A stretch of DNA of 62,700 nucleotides, the filler included, from Collodictyon triciliatum (lineage: Eukaryota), in NCBI GenBank assembly GCA_043381765.1. It is 7 parts of 7 records of this genome, joined end to end, with 100 filler letters (N's around TTAATTAATTAA, not from the genome) between each part and the next. Parts side by side here need not be neighbours in the genome. Positions count along the whole stretch, not along the records: positions 17,054 to 26,808 come from JBHJMP010002907.1; positions 26,909 to 36,735 come from JBHJMP010002908.1; 5 more parts are not named here. One strand, given 5' to 3'. A program made the translations under genes and the position numbers. This document shows, piece after piece, positions 18,140-30,344 of this stretch (position 1 is its first letter; each line of letters starts with the position of its first letter). The notes under the pieces were generated by a model. The model saw only the letters and a list, made by a program, of their open reading frames with translations, was not told the DNA's origin and ran no database searches.

Positions 18140-20815
18140 TATAATCCAGAATTGATATACTTTAGAATCAGAGTTTTTCCATAATTATAAAAACGGAAAT
18201 CACGTACACCACGGATGATGATTTAATCATTGCGGGATTCAGAGATCGAGCGATTCAACCAGACCAGGAAGACGCGATTTTGTCAGAACAAACCGAACCC
18301 CGTCCAGTCTAGCCGCCAACTCGGACTGCTTGCAGGTGTTGACTAGTCCTCGCTTTGCACAGTGCTGGTTCACTTCTGTTCTCTCTGTCACAGCCCTTTT
18401 ACTTACTCTCATGCCAAGTTAAGTTGTTCGGCAGGTTTTGTACGCAGCATTAACATAATATTTTTCTTTAGTAGATATTCTTTCTCCCAACCCCAACACC
18501 GTCCCTTCAATCAAAATCTATTCAAGATACCACCTGCCATTCTAGGTTGAGGCTATTAAAAGGGGGTTAGCTATCACCATGATTGTTTTGCTAGACGTAG
18601 ATTGTTTGATAGTTTAGTATTTAACATTTAAAAAAGGCGACACCCGAAGTTATATGTAGATTTGTTCATTTTTCCTCTTTGGCCATTACTTTTTTTCTGG
18701 GTCACGATACATAACGAACACCACGAAGACTTCTGAGGCGGTTCGTTATTTTTTCCAAGAGTAAATCATTCGTTGAATTATTCAAAATTTAAAGTGTAAT
18801 CCTTTGTCATAATCAGATTCACAACTGAATTTTTGTTTGATAGTTATGTAGAAAACCTCACCCCTTTTGGGCACAAGCGATTAATCAATGCCGATGGAAT
18901 ATAATTTCAATATTCAACATGGAACCTGGGTCACAATCTCCCTTGTCTCCATCTGATTAAGGAATTAGGTGCATTTTTGTAGATTTATTAGCTTAAGATA
19001 GAAGACCAATATCCATTCCCTCCTCTTTCAATTCCATGTAATGTCCTTTATTTCATTCTGTCATTATAATCATTATAATCCCTCATCGCCTAAAAATCTG
19101 CAGCATTTGAGCCGTTTGTAGTGATTTGATGATATGATTGATTTGTGAAGAGCCTGTCTTTCAACTCCCTGCTTCCACTTTGGGCAGTACCCCCTCCTCC
19201 TTTCCTGAATCAATCAACCAAGGATTTTTCGATCTCCCTGCCATTTAGTTGGGTGTATATTTTACATTCATTAGATTATCTGCAAAAACAGCTCTTATAT
19301 CCACTGACCAGTACATTGAAACAAATGATGACACGCCGTTGGATGCTTAATGAATACCGGAACTGCTGACTTCATTTTTTAAAACTGGCTATATCGAGTA
19401 GCTTTCACATATTTTCACCACATAAAGGTATTTGGGTCGATTTGTTGTGCAAAATAGCAGGTTCTAAATAATAATTAAAAATTGAATTATTTTTGAACCG
19501 TGATAATATTAAACAATATCTTGAATTTCCTACAGTAAAACGTGTGTCGTATGTTCTTAATTAAATTTTATACTTATTCATCAGGTGATTAGGTGCAGGC
19601 AGAAAATATCATAAATATATGCCAAATTTACCAGATGGGTTGATGATGACCTCATACCGCTCTATGCATCAATACAAACTCATTTATACAGTGTTTTTAA
19701 TCAATGCATTCCAATCAAAATTTAATATTTAGATAGGATATTCCTTTGAAATATTTGTCGATTGAAAGATTACTATTTAGGGTCTCAAACTCGCTGCCTG
19801 GTCAAAAATTTTAAAAAAAAACGTTCAAAATCAATTGCTTCATCAACTCATCGAAAAGGATTCATATATTATTCTACGTGTGTTATTTGTACAACATAAG
19901 TAAACTATGATATTGAAGTTGTATTTAAACACAATATTTTCTTTTTGAATAACTGCTCATCTTCAGAGGTAGCTGATGTCAGAATTTTAAATATTCTACC
20001 ATGTAACGTATCTCTAATAATATAATAAGGCATTAAACAGCTCCGAATCAAAGCGGTTTCTATGAGTTCATATTTTAGTAAAATCTATCAAACGTTTCCC
20101 GTCACATATGACAGTAGTGATAATATGAATAGATTAACCAATTATCAGTTCAGATGGTTATGAAAACTCTTCTAATGAAAATTTATACCTCCTTACAGAA
20201 TTCGCATTGAAAGTCATAAATGGTTGCAAGCGTAGAATACCACACTTAAAACACAACTATATATTTTTTTTTATTCTGAATGAAGGAAAAAAGAAAGTGC
20301 GGGATACCGTGAAAACAGATTTTATACAGATGAATTTTAATTAATATGGGCAAAATTTTGTCGTACCGATATTTGTAAGATGCTCTAAGACAATTCTTTA
20401 TTTTTATGTAATTTCTATCTTGATAGCAAAAAATTAAATTTTATGTACCCAATTTGATGGAAACAAATAAGCAAAATTAGGTACATGATTAGAATGGTTA
20501 ATTTATTATAGGGCTCGGAGTGATTTTGTTAATTTTAACACCTTAAAAAAGAAGTTTCCAAGATTGTATAAGCAAATATGGCAAAGCCAATAATTTTCTA
20601 TCGTGTACAAATCGTTTGAGAGAACAAAAAACAAGCAAAATGAAATTTTTTCTCGAAATTCGATTGATCGGAGCATATTACATAGTTTCTATATGATCTT
20701 TTCCTGGAATATATTAAAAATAATAATCTATGGAGTGAAAATAAAGCACACTATCGCATTTTTGATATAGCTTATTCATATACATTTCAATCTAGATTCT
20801 GTTTCCTCAAATAGA

Positions 20816-23800
20816 ATGTTTAGAACGTCTACAAGTTGGGCTCTTCCAGCGATATTGATAGGTTAGTGGTTGTTTGTCATTTCATATAATTGCAATATTT
20901 TTTTTCCTTTATTCGATTCAAAGTGTAGCGAGGTTATGCCATACAAAGGGGCGGGATGGGGGCGCATGGATATAATTGCAATATAATAATTCCAAAAAAT
21001 TGGATAGGAGTCTTGGTATTAGGACATACGATTTTGAGTACAGCGCAAGTCACCTCTATTTACACAGTGGGAACTGGTCATACTAGTACTGTGTGGAGTG
21101 TTGCTATTACTCCGGATAGTTCAAAAATTGTTTCTGGTAGTGAAGATAAAACTATCAAATTCTGGAATCATTCTGATGGGACTTTGATTCGCACATTGAT
21201 TGGCCATACTAGTAGTGTTATGAGTGTTGCTGTTACTCCTGATGGCTCAAAAATTGTGTCTGGAAGTGCTGATAGCACTATTAAAATTTGGAATATTTCT
21301 AATGGGACTTTGATTCGCACATTGAAAAGTCACTCTAGAGATGTTTACTGTGCAGTAGTTAGTCCTGATGGGTCAAACATTGTTTCTGGGAGTTTGGATA
21401 CTACAATCAAAATTTGGAACCTTTTTGATGGGACTTTGATTCGCACCGTGACGAATAATTCTGATAGTGTTTATAGTGTTGCTGTTACCCCTGACGGGTC
21501 AAAAATTGTTTCTGGAAGTGCAGATTATTTGACCAGAATTTGGAACCTTTCTGATGGAAGTTTGATTCACACATTGAAGGACCATAGTCGGATTGTTTGG
21601 AGTGTTGCTGTTTCTCCTGATGGGTCAAAAATTGTTTCTGGGAGTTTGGATTCTTTAATCAAAATTTGGAATATATCTGATGGATCTCTGGTTAGGACGC
21701 TGAACGGACACAATGCTGGAGTTGTAAGTGTTGCTGTCACGCCTGATGGCTCAAAAATTGCTTCCGGAAGTGATGACGATACTATCAAAATTTGGAACCT
21801 TTATGATGGAAGTTTGATTCGCACATTGACTGGCCATAAAAATAACGTCCAGAGAGTAATTTCTAGTCTTGATGGTCTAAAAATTATATCCGGAAGCGCT
21901 GACCGAATAGTAAGACTTTGGAATCTGTCCGATGGAAAAATTATATACTCGAAGGGTTCTGGAATTATAAGTATAGCTTCATCCTTATCAAAATCCATTT
22001 TTATTACGGGGCATTCAGATAATACCATTAGAACTTGGAATCTATCTAGTGGAGAATTCAGTCGCTCATCAATTGGACACACAGACATCGTTAATTCAGT
22101 GATATTGACTCCAGATGGCTCAAAAATAATTTCTGGAAGTGTCGATAAAACAATCAAGATTTGGAACCTGGATGACGGAGCCTTGGTTAATTCATTCCAA
22201 TTTCATACAGAATCTATTAATTCTGTCGTTATTACAGTGGATGGAGATAAAATTATTTCTGGAAGCAGCGATAGAACAATTAAAATTACAAGAATTTCAG
22301 ATGGAAGTATAATTAGAACGTTAAGTGGACACAATGGTGCTGTCACAAGCGTTGCATTAACTCCTGATGGCTCAAAAATTGTTTCTGGCAGTGCTGACAA
22401 AACAATCAGAGTTTGGAATTTAATTGATGGAACTTCAATATATGATATAAAAATTCATACTGATTCTGTAAATTCTGTTGCTATCACACCAGATGGGTCT
22501 AAAATCGTCTCTGGAAGTAGTGATAAAACAATCAAAATAACAAGCATTTTAGACGGAACTTTAATTCGCATACTCAATGGACACACTGGAATTGTTAAAA
22601 CTCTGGCCATATCTCCTGATGGCTCAAAGATTATCTCCGGAAGCAGTGATTGGACGGTTAGAATTTGGAATTTTTCAAACGGAGTCACAATTCATATTAT
22701 GAACGAACATATGTCAGCAATTAACGGAGTATCAATTCTTTCAGATAACATAATTTTTTTGTCAGTGAGTGACGATACGACAATAAAAATGTGGAACTTT
22801 CCTGATTTCAGCTTGATTATGACAGTCTCAGGTCACACAAACTCCATTAATAGTGTTTCTTTAAGCGCAGATAAAACAAAAATTGTGTCAGGAGGCAGTG
22901 ATAATACAGTAAGAGTTTGGAATTATGCTGATAGTTCTCAAGCACTTTCGATAAATGCCCATACAAATGTTGTGAATTGTGTTGTTATTTCGGCTGATGG
23001 AACAAAAATAGTCTCAGGAAGCAGTGATAAAACCATTAAAATGTGGAATTTCTCGGATGGTTTATTATTGAAAACATTTAGTGGCCATACTGCAGCTGTT
23101 CGAAGCGTTGCAATATCATCAGATATTTCTGTTATAGCATCAGGAAGTGATGACATGACTGTAAATATTTGGAGAGTTTCAGATGGAATTTTAACCCAAA
23201 CATTATCAGGTCATTCAAAAGGAGTGAATTCTGTTTTCATCTCTCCTGACAACAGCAAAATTCTATCAGGAAGTGCTGATTTCTCAATAAAAGTATGGAA
23301 CCTGTCAGATGGAACATTAGTAAGAACTATAACCGGCCACGGAAATGCTGTCAGGTGTGTTATTACTTCTCCAGATGGGACAAGAATGATCTCTGGAAGC
23401 AGCGATAACACAATTAAGATTTGGAATATGTCAGATGGCATTTTAATTAGGACAATTATTGGACACACAAGCTCAGTAAATAGCGTTTCGATATCACCTG
23501 ATGGCACAAAATTGTTTTCTGGAAGTAGCGATAAATCAGTCAGAATATGGTCATTGTTGGATGGAAGAGAAATCAGAACACTTTTGAGTCACATCAATTC
23601 AGTAAATAGTGTTCTTGCTACTTCAGATTCAAAAATAATTTCAGCAAGCACTGATAGATTTATCAAAGTCTGGAGTCCATGCCAAGGAGGATACTATTTC
23701 AACCAGCAATCAAATGCATGCGAAAAATGTCCTACTGGCTCTTACAACAATGGAAATGAACTCACCTCTTGTTTATTATGTCCAACTGGAACTTATAATC

Positions 23801-26800
23801 CATCGACCGGTTCCACAAGCCTTAGAGATTGTCTTCTGTGTGAGGAAGGAACATATAACAATATTTTGGGCCAATCAATTTGCAAAAAATGCCAGGCTGG
23901 AACATTTAATAATCTAAAGGGGCAAGTGGTATGTAACAATTGCACTACTGGGTTTTACAGTAATTCGGGAGATAGGTCGTGTGCTCCGTGTCCAGCAGGA
24001 ACATTCAATCCAAGCATCAGAGGTGCTGGAAATTCATCATGTCTTTTATGCGAACCAGGAACATACAACAGCGTCGATGGAAAGTCGAGTTGCTTTGATT
24101 GTCCTGCTGGATTTTTCATGAATGAGAAAGGAAAGCAATTTTGTAACCCATGCCCCACTGGCACTTACTCCAACAAAACAAAATCAATCACCTGCGAAGA
24201 ATGTCCGGCTGGTTCCTACAATCCAAATGTTGCATCAACCAGTATCAACACCTGTCAGCCGTGTCCTAAAGGAAGATTTTCAACAAAATCAGGAGAATCA
24301 TCATGCGAATTTTGTCAGCCTGGCTCATACAATCCCCATACTGGCCAATTTTTCTGCATTAATTGTACTAACGGTACTTACAATCCAAAGTTTGGTTCTA
24401 CAGGGAACTCATCATGTGTTAAATGTCCAGCAGGAACTTATGGTAATGATTACAGAGATGATTGCATATCTTGTCCAGCAGGTACATTCAACGATAAGGC
24501 TGGTTCATTCAATCAATCATCTTGTATTTCATGTCCAGATGGAAGCTACAGTTCAGAAAGAAGCGCATCATGCATTTTATGTTCACAAGGATTCTATCAA
24601 AAAGAAGGAATTACAAAAGATTCACAATCATGCTACGCTTGTCCAAAAGGCACATTCAACCCAAAATCCGGTTCATATGGAAACAAATCATGTATTGAAT
24701 GTCCACAAGGCACTTGGAATGATAGAGATGGTCAAGCATCATGCACATCGTGCCCAGCCGGTACATTCAACAACAAAACGGGCTCATTCAATCAATCATC
24801 TTGTATTTCATGTTCAAACGGAAGCTACAGCTCAGTTGGAAGCGCATCATGCAGGTTGTGCTTATCAGGATTCTATCAAAAAGAAGGAATCATAAAAGAC
24901 TCAAAGTCATGCTATGCTTGTCCAAAAGGCGCATTCAACTCAAACTCTGGCTCATATGGAAACGAATCATGTATTGAATGTCCACAAGGCACTTGGAATG
25001 ATAGAGAGGGTCAAGCATCATGCACATCATGTCCAGCAGGCACATTCGACAACAAAACTGGCTCATTTAATCTACCCTCATGCATTTCATGTCCAGACGG
25101 AAGCTATAGCTTATCTGGAAGCTCATCATGCACATTATGCTCGCCAGGATTCTATCAAAAAGAAGGAATTACGAAAGACTCAAAATCATGTTACGCTTGT
25201 CCAAAAGGTACATTCAACTCAAACTCCGGCTCATATGGAAACGAATCATGTATTGAATGTCCACAAGGTACTTGGAATGATAGAGATGGCCAAGCATCAT
25301 GTACATCATGTCCAGCTGGTACAATGAACAACAGAGCTGGCTCATTTAACCATTCATCATGCATTTCATGTCCAAATGGAAGCTACAGCTCCGAAAGAAG
25401 CTCGTCTTGCACTTCATGTTCACCAGGATTCTATCAAAAAGAAGGAATCATAAAAGATTCAAGCTCATGTTACGCTTGTCCAAAAGGCACATTCAACTCA
25501 AACTCAGGCTCATATGGCAATAAATCATGCATTGAATGTCCACAAGGTACTTGGAATGATAGAGATGGTCAAGCATCATGCATATCATGTACAGCCGGTT
25601 CATTCAATAATAAAACTGGCTCATTCAATAAATCTTCATGCATTTCATGTCTGAACGGCACTTACAGCTCAGAGAGAAGTGCATCATGCAGCTTATGCTC
25701 ACCAGGATTCTATCAAAAAGAAGGAATCACAAAAGACCCGAAATCGTGCTATGCTTGTCCAAAAGGCACATTCAACTCGAACTCCGGCTCATATGGCAAT
25801 GAATCATGTATTGAATGTCCACAAGGCACTTGGAACGATAGATATGGTCAAGCATCATGCACATCATGCCCAGCTGGTACATTCAACGATAAGGCTGGTT
25901 CATTCAATCAATCATCTTGTATTTCATGTCCAGATGGAAGCTACAGTTCAGAAAGAAGCGCATCATGCAGTTTGTGCTTATCAGGATTCTATCAAAAAGA
26001 AGGAATCACAAAAGACTCGAAATCGTGCTATGCTTGTCCAAAAGGCACATTCAACTCAAACTCCGGCTCATATGGAAACTCATCATGTATTGAATGTCTA
26101 CAAGGTACTTGGAATGATAGGGATGGTCAAGTATCATGCACATCATGTACATCCGGTACATTTAACAACAAAATCGGCTCATGTAATCAATCATCATGCA
26201 TTTCATGTTCAAACGGAAGCTACAGCTCAGTTGGAAGCGCATCATGTAGTTTGTGCTCGTTAGGATTCTATCAAAAAGAAAATATCATAAAAGATTCAAG
26301 CTCATGCTATGCTTGCCCAAAAGGCACATTCAACTCAAACTCTGGCTCATATGGAAACAAATCATGTATTGAATGTTCACAAGGCACTTGGAATGACAAG
26401 GATGGCCAAGCATCATGCACATCGTGTCCAGCTGGCACATTCAACAATAAAACTGGCTCATATAACCAATCATCATGCATTTCGTGTCCAAATGGAAGCT
26501 ACAGCTCAGAAAGAAGTGCATCATGCAGCTTATGCTTATCAGGATTTTATCAAAAAGAAGGAATTACGAAAGACTCACAATCATGCTACGCTTGCCCAAG
26601 AGGCACATTCAACTCAAACTCTGGCTCATATGGAAACTCATCATGCATTGAATGTCCACAAGGTACTTGGAATGATAGATATGGTCAAGCATCATGCATA
26701 TCATGTACATCCGGTACATTTAACAACAAAATCGGCTCATGTAATCAATCATCATGCATTTCATGTTCAAACGGAAGCTACAGCTCAGTTGGAAGCGCAT

Positions 26801-26808
26801 CATGTAGT
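20816..26808 (+). CDS. Large secreted/cell-surface protein: signal peptide + 21 WD40 repeats + Cys-rich (GCC2/GCC3, ephrin-receptor-like) repeats; 3' truncated
   Basis: Exon 1 20816-20861, intron 20862-21007 (gttagt..atag), then one exon of at least 5.8 kb. N-terminus MFRTSTSWALPAILIGVLVLGHTILSTA/Q. GH..V.SV..SPDG.KIVSGS.D.TIKIWN occurs 21 times; CxxCPxGTFN repeats start at about 23670. Confidence 0.9.
20884..20984 (-). mobile_element. 71-nt antisense LINE 3' fragment with a 15-bp TSD inside intron 1 of the WD40 gene
   Basis: The reverse complement of 20899-20969 matches 18073-18139 (cgcccctttgtatggcataac.tcgctacactttgaatcgaataaa). TSD atataattgcaatat at 20884-20898 and 20970-20984. Confidence 0.9.
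24400..26808 (+). repeat. 279-bp (93-aa) coding tandem repeat, at least 8 units
   Basis: The anchor att(c/t)tatcaa recurs at 24591, 24870, 25149, 25428, 25707, 25986, 26265 and 26544. Confidence 0.95.
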
Positions 26809-27899
26809 NNNNNNNNNNNNNNNNNNNNNNNNNNNNNNNNNNNNNNNNNNNNTTAATTAATTAANNNNNNNNNNNNNNNNNNNNNNNNNNNNNNNNNNNN
26901 NNNNNNNNTTGTTTTTTTGTTTTTTTGTTTTTTTGTTTTTTGTTTTTTGTTTTTTTGTTTTTTTGTTTTTGCTTTTTGTGTTTTGTGTTTTGTGTTTAAC
27001 ACGAAATATGGAATCTGCAACAGGCATATAATGCAAGAAGGGGGCTTTTACGTGTCACCAAGCACATAAATCGACCCGTTGAGTGAAGAAGCAGAGCCCC
27101 CAAACATTTCGTTGGGATAGTTTCCTGCATATTCCCAACCTTCGTTTGAGAAGAAAAAAATATCAGCCAGATAAAACCTCAGAAAAAGTCGCTGCGCTCA
27201 TACTTTGACATTTTTGAAACTAACCTTGGGCGTCGTCACAGCGCGCTGCTCCAACCGAAGCACATGTTATCAAAACAAGCAAGAGCAGCGAGCGAAGAGC
27301 GCACAAACTGCCTTTCATTTTCGGTGGCTTGTCTTTTTTCCTCCAAAGACTCGAGTTTTATTTCTCTGTTGGGAGGGCTGTGTTAGAACTTAAGGTTTGC
27401 TGGTGCATCGGTCCTTGCACTAGTTCCTTTCCTTAGAAGAAAGAAAAACTGATTCTTTTTTTTTAAAAAAAAAAAAGTATACGTTTTCCTCTGCGTTGGC
27501 ATCCCTAGTTGGAGAACGCATTTAATTCAAATTGGTTGCGGCATCTGACACATCGCATCGAAAAAATTCACAGAAAATCTTAGTTCATATACGGTATGAC
27601 GAAATCAAACTGGGCATATGGCTTGAATGCTCATAGGGCACATTATTAGGAATGGTCATATTTCAAGGTTCTAACTTGCGCAAGTCAAGATTTTTCTTCC
27701 ACTGGGTTTAAGATGTGAATAATGGGGTGTATATGGCGATACGATTGTATGTACTGCGACACATTCAACCGGAATGGACACATTGAACCCATACTACCTT
27801 GTTCGCTCTAAAATATTCAGAACTAAATTGATGGTAGATTTTCGAACATAGTTCACCTTCTATTTTTTATTGGAAGAATATTCTCTGATTTTCATTTCT

Positions 27900-29585
27900 T
27901 TTCAACATTTATTAATAAGAAAAGCTGAGGAAACCGCCTTCGCCTATGGGACAATAATGAGATGTGGACGAGACTGTGGAAAGCCCGGATTGTGTGGTTG
28001 GAGTATTTGTGTTTTGGGTGAAAGAAAAAAAGAAAAAGAAAGAGAAAATAGAAAGGAGAGAAAGTGTTCTCACACGCAGTCTAATGTACCCGAGGTAAAT
28101 CAGTTCCAATGCGATTTCTGATTGTGTTCGAGACTGACAGAAGAACGGATAAAGTTGTCGGGTCGATGAAAGTACGCACATGGCAGTTACTTTTCAAATC
28201 GATTCCGACGAGTCCTTTCGACCATCTATCTCAGACAAGGTTTACATCCCATTTCATTCCACAGGATGAGTCTTTTGAGGGGACAACAGGTCACTTTCCT
28301 TGCGTTTCTTGCTGGGCGACTCAGACAAAAAGCGATACATCGTTGTTTGTCTGGAATTATCGGAAGTGGCACTTGACCATCCCCTGGTTTCGGAACCATG
28401 CGTAGCTGGCAGTGGACTTTGCTTAAACCGGTATATGGATTCGCGTTTATGGTTTTAGAAACATACGCTCCTGCTTGCTCGGACTGTCTTTAGTGTGTGA
28501 AGTTCCAAGCTTGGATTCGACTTGTGCTGTTTGCTCTTGCTCCTTGGTTCTCGGTGCGACGGGCTGGGGCAGCATAAACAGACTATCTTTGGTGGGCTCT
28601 GGTTCCTGTGTTGCCTTCGCTTTAAAGTATCCTTTCGGATAAGTAACGAAGACTGCCTTGATGCCTCCTATGTTAACCATATTCACGTCAGTCTGAATAA
28701 GTAGTTTAAGGGGAGATTTCTTTTGGGGTTTGAAGATGCGCTACTCTTGGGTCTTGCGATGTACGGGCTTGTCCGGTGTTGGCGGTGGATGGTTTGAATG
28801 CGAGGATTCTGAAGAGGAACCGAGATTTCCTTTCATGTCATCGTCGCTGTCGCTGTATGCGCGTATATTCTGTGAGTCTTGCGGGCTCAGTTGTTGCCTG
28901 GCCTTGGCTTCCTTGACCCCGTTGCTGCTTTTCTGCTTGGCAGGTGTATTCTTTTGCGGAGGTTTTACTTTTCGTTCGTTGTTTTTAGCTGGCGGACGCT
29001 CTTTGAAGATGCGCTTTGGACACTTTTTTCCCATGACCGTAAACTTTGCAGGAAGCTGGTTCTTGTGACAAAGAAGCTTCACCACGGCTGTGTCTGTGAA
29101 GAAGCCTTTGTCTTTTTTGATCTCCACGTGGGTCGGTCTGAACGGCTTCAGCTCCTCACGAAGGAGTTGCGGATACACTTCCAGCGGCAGTTGGTAGATC
29201 ATCGCCGAGGTCTCTGTTGGTTTACTTTTGCTGAAGCTGATCGTAATATCGATCAAACTCACTTGCTTCAGCTCCAGAAGCTTTCGGGCGTTTTCTGCAG
29301 TGCGGAAGGCAATCAGGCAAAGTTCTTCGCTGTCCGGTAATCGCAATTGGATGGACTCTTCCCAAAGTTTGTTTGCTTTCAAGAAGGAGGCGAGCGCATC
29401 TGTGAGTCTGCGGGCCTTGTTCTTGTTGTGAACGACTTGCTCGACCCCGTGCAAAAATACTGTCCGCTCAGACAGACTTGCAGGCGGCTTCCTTGCACGG
29501 GTCTTCCTGGACTTACGTGCAACTCGGGGTTTTTTCCGCACCAATGTTGGAACTGAAAGAACTGGCTGCAACTTACAAAGCCTCC
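27900..29585 (-). mobile_element. Dispersed repeat copy A: decayed ORF1-only (HAL1-like) non-LTR element with RRM-like ORF1
   Basis: Collinear with 44000-45718. The ORF has LCLIAFRTAENARKLL and AMIYQLPLEVYPQLLREELKPFRPTHVEIKKDKGFFTDTAVVKL..LPAKFTVMG, resembling L1/Tx1 ORF1 RRMs. Internal stops; no reverse transcriptase follows. Confidence 0.7.
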
Positions 29586-30344
29586 TGTATAAGAGGTCGC
29601 AGTTTTTTGATTCCACCACGCGCCGGAAGCTTGAACCTCGAAGCAAAGCAATACACAAAAAGCAGTCCGAATGCCCATCGCGTGAACGAGCTCGGCTTCT
29701 TTCAGTTAGAATGCTTCATTTTCTGCCTGAAGGCTTGGATGTTATGATGCCGCCACCAGTCCACACAAATAAATAAGAATCAGGCCTGGTATCAAGAGCA
29801 AGCAGAGAAAGGGTCAAGTCTATCGTAAGAGACCGGAGAAATTGACGCAAGCGTCAGAAGAGATGAAAAGTTTACAGATATCAAATTATTCGAAGCTAAG
29901 ATGCAAGAATTATTGAGAAAGAGAGCACCAGAGTATAAATACGCAAAACTACCTGAACTCTGTGAACGACTCATTCGTATTTTAATTAGGATTATTGCAC
30001 AGCACACAACCAGTCAAGAAAAGACAAGAAAACAAAAACAAAGCAAAGCGATGATACGCACACAGACTTCGAACAAAAGTTGCAAAAGACAAACGCCCTG
30101 AAACTACCACATATTCTCCTACTCTGGGGCATTTGTGGAGAAAAGAGACCCCAGAGACCCCAAGAAAAAAAATAAGGAAGCGACCAACTCTTTGAACAAA
30201 GCCACTCAAAGGATGCAGACTATCTTGCCCACAGCACTACACCCACTAAACAAGAGTTTTACAAGATTTTTTCATTCATTCATTCATTCATTTACTTACT
30301 TATTTTTATCGAAAAGAGGTAAGTTCTTGCAAAGAAGCGGGGAA

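Noticed and set aside
18890-19700. Exon-like patches upstream of the WD40 gene
   Set aside because: Stops in all plausible frames and no recognisable motif; possibly a decayed gene, but unsupported.
20956-21007. ORF-track N-terminus MGAHGYNCNIIIPKNW as the real start
   Set aside because: It lies in an intron and begins within a LINE fragment; the upstream exon gives a better signal peptide.
29760-30240. Purine-rich coding-like stretch next to repeat copy A
   Set aside because: No sustained ORF or motif, and not shared with copy B.
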